Assembly (NCBI GenBank): GCA_036785375.1
Contig: JAWMAR010000258.1
Coordinates: forward strand, 1,984,001-2,048,000
Direction of reading: 5' to 3'
Origin: Leucoraja ocellata
Taxonomy: Eukaryota
DNA length: 64,000 nt
Shown: positions 12,110-24,169 of the stretch, piece by piece
How the letters are laid out: each line of letters opens with the position of its first letter
Numbering within the stretch: position 1 is the first letter of the stretch
Notes under the pieces: model-generated
Told to the model about the DNA's origin: nothing
What the model saw: only the letters and a program-made list of their open reading frames with translations
The model's database searches: none
Translations under genes and position numbers: made by a program

Positions 12110-13344
12110 CTTGCGAGAGGAGAGGCCGTGTTGTTACATAAACATAAAACATTTTTAAATCCATCACACTTTGTCTTTGCAGAATGATTCATATCACAAG
12201 AGCAGATATTTTAGTGGAAACAATGATCAGATTAGATTAACCCTGATCTGAGGAAGGACATTCTTGCCATAGAGGGAGTACAGAGAAGGTTCACCAGACT
12301 GATTCCTGGGACGTCAGGACTTTCATATGAAGAAAGACTGGATAGACTCGGCTTGTACTAGTTAGAATATAGATTGAGAGAGGATCTTATAGAAACTTAC
12401 AAAATTCTTAAGGGGTTGGACAGGCTAGATGCAGGAAGATTGTTCCCGATGTTGGGGAAGTCCAGAACAAGGGGTCACAGTTTAAGGATAAGGGGGAAAT
12501 CTTTTAGGACTGAAATGAGAAAAACATTTTTCACACAGAGAGTGGTGAATCTGTGGAATTCTCTGCCACAGAAGGTAGTTGAGGCCACAGTTCATTGGCT
12601 ATATCTAAGAGGGAGTTAGATGTGGCCCTTGTGGCTGAAGGGATCAGGGGGTATGGAGAGATGGCAAGTACAGGATATTGGGTTGGATGATCAGCCATGA
12701 TAATATTGAATGGCGGTGCAGGCTCGAAGGGCCGAATGGCCTACTCCTGCACCTATTTTCTATGTTTCTCTTAGTGTATTGTGTGAGTTATTATTGCAAT
12801 GAAATTCATCAGAGTGTTCGTAGGCCCCCCTCAGTCATGACTGACTGACCATGGGTCATCAGAATGCTACACCTCATTGAAACACAGACAATAGGTGCAG
12901 GAGGAGGCCATTCGGCCCTTAGAACCAACACCGCCATTCAATATGATCATGGCTGATCATCCAGAATCAATACCCTGTTCCTGCTAATTCCCCATATTGC
13001 TTGTTTCTGTTAGCCCGAGGAGCAAAATCTAACTCTCTCTTGAAAATTTTGGCCATGCTTCACTTTCAAATTGTGCCGAGCGCTGAAGGTCTTGGCATCA
13101 AAGCGTCACAGAGTCACGTGGCACAGAAAGTGGCCCTTCGGCCCATCTCGTCCATGCCGACCAAGATGACCCAGCCAGAGAGCACTCCTGAACTCTGGTT
13201 CAGTCTGAGGGAGGGTCTCGACCCGGAACGTCACCCATTCCTTCTCTCCAGTGATGCTGCCTGTCCCGCTGTGTTACTCCAGCTTTTTGTATCAGCCTAC
13301 TATCTACCTCATTGGTGACCCTCGAACTAAATGTCCAAGACTAT

Positions 13345-13671
13345 GGGTGGTCACGGTGGCTCAGCAGTAGAGTTGCTGCCTTACAGCGAGTGCAGCGCTG
13401 GAGACCCGGGTTCGATCCCGACCACGGGCGCTGTCTGTACAGGGTTTGTACGTTCTCCACGTGACCTGCGTGGGTTTTCTCCGAGATCTTCGGTTTCCTC
13501 CCACACTCCAAAGACGTACAGGTTTGTAGGTTAATTGGCCTGGCAAATGTAAAAATTGTCCCGAGTGGGTGTAGGATAGTGTTAATGTATGGGGATCGCT
13601 GGTCAGCACGGACTCGGTGGGCTGAAGGGCCTGTTTCCACACTGTATCTCTAAACTGAGCTAAACTAAACT
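13345..13671 (+). mobile_element. tRNA-derived V-SINE (HE1-like), representative copy
   Basis: A-box-like GGTGGCTCAGCAGTAG, B-box GGTTCGATCCC, V-domain GCGTGGGTTTTCTCC...GGTTTCCTCCCACACTCCAAAGAC, CR1-like tail ending (TAAAC)n. Other copies at about 3660-3970(-), 9620-9948(-), 14025-14320, 15420-15700, 15835-16132, 17378-17725, 22510-22815, 22865-23157(-), 30545-30840(-), 43830-44120, 48812-49040 and 58220-58480. Confidence 0.9.
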
Positions 13672-13850
13672 AGAGGGCATGGCTTTGAAGTGAGAGAGGC
13701 AAAGTTTAAAGGGGGTATAAAGGAGATGATGGTCGGCATGGACTCAATGGGCCGAAGGGCCTGTTTGAATGTTGCATCTCTCAAACTAAATGAATGAAAT
13801 GGTGCCTGGCCTAAAACTGCTGCAGGATAGTGTGTGCAGAGAGAGCTCAC

Positions 13851-13946
13851 CTCCATTGCAATTCCAGCATTAGAACTGTTGCATGCTTTGTCCTTGAAGC
13901 TTTGAATCTTCTTTACAATGTCTGTGAGTGCAGCCTGCGTGTCCTT
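13851..13946 (-). CDS. TIM-IgV adhesion GPCR, exon 6 (stalk repeat B, KDTQAALTDIVKKIQSFKDKACNSSNAGIAME)
   Basis: NAGNAG acceptor (13946 or 13943), GTGAGC donor, phase 0-0. Confidence 0.75.
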
Positions 13947-14704
13947 CTTCCGTGTTAGAGGAAACAAAACATGGAACAATTGTAAGATTTGTACAAAACT
14001 TTGAAAATGATAAGGAAGATGGGTGTCAAGGTGGCGCAGCGGTAGAGTTGCTGCCTCACAGCGCCAGAGACCCGGGTTCAATCCCGACTGCGGGTGCTGT
14101 CTGTACAGAGTTTGAACGTTCTCCCCGTGACTTACATGGGTTTTCTCCGAAATCTTTGATTTCCATCCACACTCCATAGACTTACAGGTTTGCAGGTTAA
14201 TTGGTTTGGTATAGATGTCAATTGTCTCTAGTGTGTGTAGGACAGTGCTGGGGATCGCTGGTTGGCGAGGACTCGGTGGGCTGAAGGGCCTGTTTCCACG
14301 CTGTATCTCCAAATTAAACACTGTATCTAAAATTAAAGGTCTGATGTAAATTGACAGCCGTGGAGAGAACACTGATGTCTGTGTGTGTGTGGGAAGGAAC
14401 TGCAGATGCTGGTTTAAACCAAAGGTAGACACTAAATGCTGGAGTAACTCAGCGGGATAAGCAGCATCTCTGGAGAGAAGGAATGGGTGACGATTCGGGC
14501 CTCGATCCATCACCCATTCCTTCTCTCCAGAGATGCTGCCTGTCCCGCTGAGTTACTCCAGCATTTTGTGTCGAACACTGAAGTTGGTTCACTTCTCCTT
14601 CCCGTGAAGTTGAAGGATGTTATGGACAATTGGCCGATTAAATGTGGTTGAGAATGAAATGTTGCCTCTGTGTAAAGATCCTGCAGGATAGGGTGTCACC
14701 TCAC

Positions 14705-14797
14705 CTTGTCCGGTCCTCCTGCGGCAGATTTGTTGCATGCTTTCTCCTTGAAGCTTCGGGTCTCGTTTACGATGTCTTGGATCACGGCTGCGTCTCT
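14705..14797 (-). CDS. TIM-IgV adhesion GPCR, exon 5 (stalk repeat A, RDAAVIQDIVNETRSFKEKACNKSAAGGPDK)
   Basis: catcAG and GTGAGG, 93 nt, phase 0-0; paralogous to exon 6. Confidence 0.75.
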
Positions 14798-16870
14798 CTG
14801 ATGTTTTAAGGGAAAGGATACATGTAAGAGGTTTCGACCGAGGATTAGCAGTGTTTACAAGGATAAGTAGGAGGAGGTGTCTGAGAGTTGGCCCGTTGCC
14901 CAACCAGAAATGTCAGGAGGAAGGCTCTCAACCCGAGTTACTCCAGCTGGTTGTGTCTATAGACCGAGGATTTTTAATTCATTCCCTTTTGCCGGCCCTG
15001 GCATCGGTTTTGCCCGTGCCCACCTTTATCGGCCAGATACATTTGGGCAGTGTGGTGGCGTGGTGGTAGACTCATGGAAACAGGCCCTTCGGCCCAACTT
15101 GCCCACCGGCCAACATGTCCCAGCTACACTAGTCTCACCTGCCCGTGTTAGGTCCATATTCCTCCAAACCTGGCCTATCCATGTACCTGTCCAGCTGTTT
15201 CTTAAACGTTGGGATAGTCCCAGCCTCAACTCCCTCCTCTGGCAGCTTGTTCCATACACCCACCACCCTCTGTGTAAAAAAGTTACCCCTCAGATTCCCA
15301 TTAAATCGTTTCCCCTTCACCTTGAACTATGTCCTCTGGTCCTCGATTCTCCTACTCTGGGCAACAGTCTCTGTGCATCCACCCGATCTATTCCTCTCAT
15401 GACTTTGTACACAAACTAGTCACCGTGGAGTTGCTGCCTCACAGCGCCAGAGATCCAGGTTCGATCCTGACTACGGGTGCTTTCCGTGCAAAGATTGTGC
15501 CTTCTCCCCGTGACTGAGTGGGTTTTATCCGGGCGCTCCGGTTTCTTCCCACACTCCAAAGCCGTGCAGGTTTGAAGGCTAATTGGCTTTGTAACTTATC
15601 CCTAGCGTGTAGGATGGAACGAGTTCATGGATGATTGTTGGTCAGCCTGTGCTCAGTGGGCCGAAGGGCCTGTTTCCACAATATATCTCTAAAGTAAACT
15701 ATGCTAAACAAGGCAAACAATGTGTTAATCACTTTCTTTCTCCCCGTGACCAGCACCCATGCTGCAGAAGGTTGCATTGGTGGGGGCTGCATTACAGCAC
15801 AGGTCAGACGCTACTCCTAAAGGTTCAGTACAGCACCACAGCTGGTAGAGCCCTGCCTTACAGCACCAGAGATCCAGGTTCGATCCTGACCTTGGGCGCT
15901 GTCTGTGCGGAGTTTGCACGTTGTCCCTGTTACCGCGTGGAATTTCCCCGGTCTCCTCCCACATCCCAAAGACGTGCGGTTTTGTAGGTCAATTGGCCCC
16001 CAGTGTGTAGGGAGTGGATGAGAAAGTGGGATAACATAGAACTAGTGTGTGAACGAGTGATCGATGGTCGGCACGGACTTGCTGGGCCGAAGGGCCAGTT
16101 TCCAGGCTGCATCTCTGAACTAAACTAAACTAAAAGGAAGATGAGGGTAGATGCACAAAGTTGGGGAAGCTCTTGATATTCTGGGCAGAGAATCAGATAC
16201 TCAAAGCACAATGTGTTGGAAGTACTCAGTAGGTCAGGCAGCATCTGTGGAAGGAATGGATAGATGACGTTTCAGGCTGGGACCCTTCTTCAGACTGGGA
16301 GCAGAGAAGATGCTTTAGTCTGAAGAAGCGTCCTGGCCCGAAACGTCACCTGTCCATTCCCTCCACAGATGCTGCCTGACCCGCTGAGTTCCTCCAGCAC
16401 ATTGTTTTTTTTTTCTCCAAATTCCAGCAAATGCAATTCCTTGGCTGCTGCTCAATTGAACTGAGAATCAGTGAATTGGTCAGTTGGTATAACAAGAAGC
16501 ATGTGTATGTATTCAGGAGAGAGTTGGAGTTAGCTCTTAGAGCAAACTGAATCAGGGGATAGGGGGACAAAGCAGGAACGGGGTCCTGATTCTGGATGAT
16601 CAGCAATGATCATATTGAATGGCAGTGCTGGCTCGAAGGGCCGAATGGCCTACTCCCGTACCTATTGTCTATGTTTCTATGCGTATCGGCGGAGTGAGCC
16701 TTGAGACCGTGAGGAGTGAGTACTGACGGGAGGGAGATCAAATGTTGAGGCCAACTGCAACAGGATTCCTTGCACAGCCTCCACTCTAACGGTGGGGACA
16801 GATGCCGGGGCTGAGGGAGGGAAGGATGGGAGCTGGAGAGGTGGTGGGAGAATCGTGGCCATGTTCTCAC

Positions 16871-16959
16871 CTGATCGGGAGCTTTGGTAGATTGTTCTGT
16901 GGTGGCATTAATGGTTCCTGTGGTGGCATTAATGGTTCCATAGCTGACAGTCGTTTCAT
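16871..16959 (-). CDS. TIM-IgV adhesion GPCR, exon 4: short Thr-rich mucin-like stalk (DETTVSYGTINATTGTINATTEQSTKAPDQ)
   Basis: ttctccAG and GTGAGA, 89 nt, phase 1-0; two NAT sequons. Confidence 0.82.
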
Positions 16960-17029
16960 CTGGAGAACAAAGAAAGCATTTGGGATTTAGACTGGGGATG
17001 GTATCATTCCCCAGGGCACAGACAGAGTG

Positions 17030-17275
17030 ATGAGGGTGGCAGTGGTAGGGGTGGCACAGTGGTAGGGGTGGCACAGTGACAGTGGTTGGGGTGGCACAGT
17101 GGTTGGGGTGGCATAGTGACAGTGTTTGGGGTGGCACAGTGGCTGGGGTGGCATAGTGACAAGGGGCACAGTAACACAGTGGCATAGTTACAGGGGGCAG
17201 AGTAACACAGTGGCTGGGGTGGATTAGTGACAGGGGGCACAGTGGCTGGGTGGCACAGTGACACAGTGGCATGGT
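17030..17275. repeat. GGTGGCACAGT-type minisatellite
   Basis: Visible tandem array in the intron between the IgV and mucin exons. Confidence 0.9.
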
Positions 17276-17845
17276 GGTCGTGACTGCCAGTGGTCGGAAC
17301 CAGCTGTGCCAGAATGCTGCCCCTAAAGTTTGAAATTCCGATGTTAGACCAACCTCCCCTTGGATATCATGAACGATGGTGGCACGGTGGTGCAACGGTA
17401 GAGTTGCTGGCTCACAGCGCCAGAGACCCGGGTTCCATCCTGACTACATGTGCTGTCTGTACGTTCTCTCTGTGACCTGCGTGGGTTTTCTCCGGGTGCT
17501 CCGGTTTCCTCCCACACTCCAATGACGTGCAGGTTTGTGGGTTAATTGGCTTGGTATAATTGTAAATTGTCCCTAGTGTGTGTAGGATAGTGGTAGCGTG
17601 CGGGGAACGCTGGTCGGCACAATGTAGCTGTGGTAAAATTGGTGTAGGATTGCGCTAGTGTATGAGTGACCGCTGGTCAGTGGAGACTCGATGGGCTGAA
17701 GGGCCCGTTTCCATGCTGTATCTCCACACCCTGTTGTAAAGGGTGGTTGGGGGGGGGGGTGGGGGGGGGGGGGTGGGGGGGGGGGAGGGGGGGGCACAGT
17801 AGAAGCCGAGGCACATTTGTCCCGGAGGTCACACATCATACTCAC

Positions 17846-18178
17846 CAGGAGGGGAGTCGGCTTTGAGGTTTCGGTTTTTTTTAAGGTCGTTCCCCAAGCC
17901 AGGTACAATGATGCGGCAACAGTATACTCCCTCATCCTTCTTCTCCAGATCCTTTATGGTCAGGGACACATCGCCGTTCTGTAAATCTCCACGCAGTTCA
18001 TATTTGGAGCTAAATTCAGGAGGGATCGTGCTTGTCGCCTCAAATTGGAAAAGCTTGTCGGGGCAGTCCAACAAAGAGCATTCCCCTCGACCCCAGCAGG
18101 TTGTGTACAATACACTACTGCTGTACGTGCAGGGGAGAGTGACTGTAGACCCCAGTACTCCCCTGATCTGTGACTCCT
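17846..18178 (-). CDS. TIM-IgV adhesion GPCR, exon 3: TIM/HAVCR-type IgV domain
   Basis: ttttacAG and GTGAGT, 333 nt, phase 1-1. Translation EESQIRGVLGSTVTLPCTY...TCWGRGECSLLDC...YELRGDLQNGDVSLTIKDLEKKDEGVYCCRIIVPGLGNDLK shows six Cys with the CWGRGxC and CCR..PG..ND hallmarks of TIM IgV. Confidence 0.93.
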
Positions 18179-19195
18179 CTGTAAAACAGAAGCGACAGAC
18201 ATTCCCTTCAGTTCAGTTAGAATCACAGAGTCATTACATTACATTGACTTCTCCAATTTCAGGTAGTCCTTGCTTTCTCCCTCCTTCCCCTCCCCTTCCC
18301 AGCTCTCCCACAGCCCACTGTCTCTGCCTCCTCCTTTCTTCTTCCTGCCCCCCACCAAATCAGTCTGAAGAAGGGTCTCGACCCAAAACGTCACCTATTC
18401 CTTCGCTCCACAGATGCTGCCTCACCCGCTGAGTTTCTCCAGCATTTTGTGTCTACATTACATTAAGTGGTTTTCACAGCAATCGAGGTTGTGGGGTGCC
18501 ATCTGCATTGTGTAGTTTTACTCAAGGGCAAGCTGGGTGGATGAGCAAGTCCTCTCCCAGCAAGAAAGAAAGAACACAATACACAATAGAAATTAAACAT
18601 AACACACAGAACATCCACCACAGTGGGACCAGCACTTCCTGCTGTGATGGAAGGCACAAACATTCAGTCAGTCAGTCTTCCTTATTCTGTGGACCCGTGG
18701 TCGGGGCCCTGAACCCTCCGCAGTCACCACTACGCATGGCCCAATGTACAGGCCCTCTCGCCGGGACGATGGAAACTCCGACGTTGGGACGGATCGGGAA
18801 CACCCCGCAGCTCGGAATTCCCGAATCGGCCGTATCCCACCGGAGACGGCGGCTTCGCGATGCCACATCCACAGGCCCAGCGGTCGGGGCACCTCTTCAG
18901 GTGATCCTTGGCGAAGGCCGCAGGCAGCTCCACGATGGTAAAGTCCGTGCCGAGATGGCTCAGGTATGATGTGAAGATAATTGAGATGTGTTTTTCATCA
19001 ATTTATCTAATGTACAGTAAACCCTTGTTATAATGAACCATGTTTGATTGTCTGCTATTGCCGCTTGTCCGCAATAACAGAGTAAGGGATTACAGAGTGT
19101 AGGAAGGAACTGCAGGCGCTGGTTTAAACCGAAGACAGACAAAAAAAGCTGGAGTAACTCAGTGGGACAGGCAGCATCTCTGGAGAGAAGGAATA

Positions 19196-19228
19196 GGTGA
19201 CGTTTCGGGTCGAGACCCTTCTTCAGAT
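19196..19228 (-). ncRNA. Minimal hammerhead ribozyme motif in a Penelope-like repeat (representative of many copies)
   Basis: CTGAAGA-A-GGGTC-TC-GACCC-GAAA-CGTC: conserved core, stem II and palindromic ACGT stem III. Confidence 0.65.
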
Positions 19229-19630
19229 TACTATAAGTAGTAGCAACAAACAACTGCCATTGCTGGTTAATGCACTAAATGACACAATATGCTGGGGCAA
19301 CTCAGTGGGTCAGGCAGCATTACTGGAGAGGATGGATGTGTCATTTAGGGTCGAGATACTTCTCAGTTCAGTCAAGTTCAGTTTAGTTTATTGTCACGTG
19401 TACCGAGGTACAGTGAAAAGCTTTAGTTGCGTGCTAACCAGTCAGCGGAAAGACAATACATGATTACAATCGAGTCATTTACAGTGTATAGATACATGAT
19501 AACGGAGTAACGTTTAGTGCAAGGTAAAGCCAGTAAAGGCTAATCAGAACCAGGGGCCACAGATTAAGAAAAAGAGGTTGGCCATTTAAAACAGAGATGA
19601 GGAAAAACTTTTTCACCCAGAGAGTTGTGA

Positions 19631-22123
19631 AACTTGTGAAATTCAAGTTGGGTGAATCAAACTGGCAGGGGTGCTGAGGAAGAGGATTTCTTGGAATGTA
19701 TGCGGGATAGTTATCTAAACCAACATGTAGAGGAACCAACGAGAGAGCTGGCTATTTTAGACTGGGTATTGAGTAATGAGGAAGGGTTAGTCAGTAGTCT
19801 TGTTGTGCGTGGCCCCTTGGGCAAGAGTGACCATAATATGGTTGAGTTCTTCATTAGGATGGAGAGTGACATTGTTAATTCAGAAACAATGGTTTTGAAC
19901 TTAAAGAAAGGTAACTTTGAGGGTATGAGACGTGAATTGGCCAAGATTGACTGGCAATTAATTCTAAAAGGGTTGACGGTGGATATGCAATGGAAGGCAT
20001 TTAAAGACTGCATGGATGAACTACAAAAATTGTTCATCCCAGTTTGGCAAAAGAATAAATCAGGGAAGGTAGTGCATCCATGGATAACAAGGGAAATCAG
20101 GGATAGTATCAAAGCAAAGGATGATGCGTACAAACTAGCCAGAAAAAGCAGCATACTGGAGGACTGGGAGGAATTCAGAGACCAGCAGAGGAGGACGAAG
20201 GGCTTAATTAGGAAAGGAAAAATGGATTATGAAAGAAAACTGTCAGGGAACATAAAAACTGACTGCAAAAGTTTTTATAGATATGTGAAAAGAAAGAGAT
20301 TAGTTAAAACAAATGTAGGTCCCTTGCAGTCAGAAACAGGTGAGTTGATCATGGGGAACCAGGATATGGCGGACCAATTGAATAACTACTTTGGTTCTGT
20401 CTTCACTAAGGAAGACATAAATGATCTGTCGGAAATAGCAGGGGCCCGCGGGTCAAAGGAGGTGGAGGAATTGAGTGAAATCCAGGTTAGTCGGGAAGTG
20501 GTGTTGGGTAAATTGAATGGATTAAAGGCCGATAAATCCCCAGGGCCAGATAGGCTGCATCCCAGAGTACTTAAGGAAGTAGCTCCAGAAATAGTGGATG
20601 CATTAGTAATAATCTTTCAAAACTCTTTAGATTCTGGAGTAGTTCCAGAGGATTGGCGGGTAGCAAACGTAACCCCACTTTTTCAGAAGGGAGGGAGAGA
20701 GAAAACGGGGAATTACAGACCAGTTAGCCTAACATCGGTAGTGGGGAAACTGCTAGAGTCAGTTATTAAAGATGGGATAGCAGCACATTTGGAAAGTGGT
20801 GAAATCATTGGACAAAGTCAGCATGGATTTACGAAAGGTAAATCATGTCTGACGAATCTTATAGAATTTTTCGAGGATGTAACTAGTAGCGTGGATAGGG
20901 GAGAACCAGTGGATGTGGTGTATCTGGACTTCCAGAAGGCTTTCGACAAGGTCCCACATAAGAGATTAGTATACAAACTTAAAGCACATGGCATTGGGGG
21001 TTCAGTATTGATGTGGATAGAGAACTGGCTGGCAAACAGGAAGCAAAGAGTAGGAGTAAACGGGTCCTTTTCACAATGGCAGGCAGTGACTAGTGGGGTA
21101 CCGCAAGGCTCAGTACTGGGACCCCAGCTATTTACAATATATATTAATGATCTGGATGAGGTAATTGAAGGCAATATCTCCAAGTTTGCGGATGACACTA
21201 AGCTGGGGGACAGTGTTAGGTGTGAGGAGGATGTTAGGAGACTGCAAGGTGACTTGGATAGGCTAGGTGAGTGGGCAAATGTTTGGCAGATGCAGTTTAA
21301 TGTGGATAAATGTGAGGTTATCCATTTTGGTGGCAAAAACGGGAAAGCAGATTATTATCTAAACGGTGGCCGATTGGGAAAGGGGGAGATGCAGCGAGAC
21401 CTGGGTGTCATTGTACACCAGTCATTGAAGGTAGGCATGCAGGTGCAGCAGGCAGTAAAGAAAGCGAATGGCATGTTGGCTTTCATAGCAAGAGGATTTG
21501 AGTATAGGAGCAGGGAGGTTCTACTGCAGTTGTACAGGGTCTTGGTGAGACCACACCTGGAGTATTGCGTGCAGTTTTGGTCTCCAAATCTGAGGAAGGA
21601 CATTATTGCCATAGAGGGAGTGCAGAGAAGGTTCACCAGACTGATTCCTGGGATGTCAGGACTGTCTTATGAAGAAAGACTGGATAGACTTGGTTTATAC
21701 TCTCTAGAATTTAGGAGATTGAGAGGGGATCTTATAGAAACTTACAAAATTCTTAAGGGGTTGGACAGGCTAGATGCAGGAAGATTGTTCCCGATGTTGG
21801 GGAGGTCCAGGACAAGGGGTCACTGCTTAAGGATAAGGGGGAAATCCTTTAAAACCGAGATGAGGAGAACTTTTTTCACACAGAGAGTGGTGAATCTCTG
21901 GAACTCTCTGCCACAGAGGGTAGTTGAGGCCAGTTCGTTGGCTATATTTAAGAGGGAGTTAAATGTGGCCCTTGTGGCCAAGGGGATCAGAGGGTATGGA
22001 GAGAAGGCAGGTACGGGATACTGAGTTGGATGATCAGCCATGATCATATTAAATGGCGGTGCAGGCTCGAAGGGCCGAATGGCCTACTCCTGCACCTAAT
22101 TTCTATGTTTCTATGTTTCTATG
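19631..22123 (+). mobile_element. Young 5'-truncated CR1 (HER1-like) LINE with uninterrupted 790-aa ORF2 (partial APE + RT)
   Basis: ORF 19652-22024 with [29 protein letters not shown] and FADD motifs; (TTTCTATG)n tail. Confidence 0.97.
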
Positions 22124-22364
22124 AATCTGTGGAATTCTCTGCCTCAGAAGGCAGTGGAGGCCAATTCTCTGGATGCTTTCACGAGAGAGTTAGATAGAGC
22201 TCTTAAAGATAGCGGAGTCAGGGATATGGGGCGAAGGCAGGAATGGGGTACTGATTGGGGATGATCAGCCAGTAGATCAGTGATTTAATTCAATCCCAGA
22301 ATGTTCATCATAGTTTGGTGTCGAGGAAGGTTAGCACAGATGTTGGGACAATCATTCAACTCAC

Positions 22365-22409
22365 CAGATTGAAGAATGGGTTCAATCCAAATGATCAAAT
22401 AGAAAATAG
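22365..22409 (-). CDS. TIM-IgV adhesion GPCR, exon 2 (signal peptide core, AIFYLIIWIEPILQS)
   Basis: ttttccAG acceptor, GTGAGT donor, 45 nt, phase 1-1, hydrophobic; unique sequence between repeats. Confidence 0.8.
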
Positions 22410-24169
22410 CTGGAAAAATAAATTGATAGTTTAGATCCAACATGAACAGTTCACAAATGATAGATTTAAAGTATTTTTATATAAAATTTAACAATAGAAG
22501 ATACCCAAGGGCGGCCCAATGGTTCTGCGGTAGAGTTGCTGCCTCACAGCGCCAGAGACCCGGGTTCGATCCTGACTATGGGTGCTGCCTGTACGCAGTT
22601 TGTACATTCTCCCCGTGACCACGTGTTTTCTCCAAGATCTTCGGTTTCCTCCCACAGTCCAAAGATGGACGGGTTTGTAGGATAATTGGCATGGTATAAA
22701 TGTAAAATTGTCCCCAGTGTGTGTATGGTATTGCTGATATACGGGGATCGCTGGTTGGTGTGGACTCGGTGGGCCAAAGATCCTTTTTCCACGCTCTATC
22801 TCTAAACTAAACTAACAGCCTAACCAACAAGATCTGGGCAAAGATTCAGTAATTGTAGACTTTGGAGGCACAGCACGGAAATAGGCCCTTCGGCCCACCG
22901 AGTCCGTGCCGACCAGCGATCCTCACATACTGGCTCTATCCGACATATACTAGGGACAATTATAATTTTTTACCAAAGCCAATTAAACTACAAACCCGCA
23001 CGTCTTTGGAGTGTGGGAGGAAACCGGAGCACCCGGGGAAAACCCACATGGTCACAGGGAGGAAGGTGCAAACTCCGTACAGACAGCACCCGTAGTCAGG
23101 ATGGAACCCGGGTCTCTGGCGCTGTGAGGCAGCAACTCTACCGCTGCGCCACCGTGCTGCTCATAGTTGGTGGGTTGGAGAGCAATAAGGTAGAGGTAGA
23201 TAGAGAGATACAGCACTGAAACAGGCCCTTCGGCACACTGAGTCCATGCTGACTGACCTAAAGGAGAGTCCTTTAATTCTGAGGCTGTGACCTCAAAGTA
23301 GCTCTTTCTTCCCAATAACCCTTTCTGGCTGAAGTCCTCCCTCCACCACCTCCAGTTTAAATTCCATTTGGAATATTTTGGAGGACCAAGACTTCTCGTC
23401 CTAGACTCTCCCACTAGTGGAAACATCATCTCCACATCACATTTCAATGAGGTCTCCCCTCACCCTTCGAAACTCCAGTGATCCTTCCAACGTTCTTTCC
23501 TATCCATCCTATAGAGGCGAGGATTCACTGTATTTTCTCACAGAGGCTATTTCGCAACCATTACCATGTTTACATCTTACAACACTTCAAAGATTGCATC
23601 AAAGGAGGAAATCCACACAGCGCTTATTGCAACATTATCGTGTGAACAAGACACTGAGCAAAATGAGCTGACCAGTGTCACGCTCGCTCGATGCAACACA
23701 AAGCCTATCCATCCGTCTTTGTAGAATGATTCTTATCATGAGAGAAAATATTATAGAGGAAATAATGCTCAAATTAGATTGGCGTACTGTGTAAGTTATT
23801 ACTGCAATGAAATTCATCAGAGTGCTACAACTCATAGAAACCTAGAAATTAGATGCAGGAGTAGGCCATTCGGCCCTTCGAGCCAGCACCGCCATACAAT
23901 ATCATCATGGCTGATCATCCAAATTCAGTACCCCGTTCCGGCTTTTACCCTCATACCCCTTGATTCTGTTAGCCCTAAGAGCTAAGTCTAACTCTCTCTT
24001 GAAAACATCCAGTGAATTGGCCTCCACTGACTTTTGTGCCAGAGAATTCCACATATTCACAACTCTCTGGGTGAAAAGGTTTCTCCTCATCTCAGTCCTA
24101 AATGGCCGACCTCTTATTCTTAAACTGTGTGGCCCCTGGTTCTGGAGTCCCTCAACATGGGGAACATTT

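Noticed and set aside
13345-13430. tRNA genes at SINE heads
   Set aside because: A/B boxes continue into the V-domain and LINE tail with no intact cloverleaf, so these are SINEs.
14593-14680. Possible additional exon after ctatcctgcAG
   Set aside because: The AG is only about 25 nt from the exon 5 donor, the donor is weak, and the motif is part of the duplicated intron flank.
16987-17395. Pro/Thr/Cys-rich minus-strand repeat as an extended mucin exon
   Set aside because: No convincing acceptor/donor pair, many Cys and His, and the 89-nt exon has its own strong acceptor.
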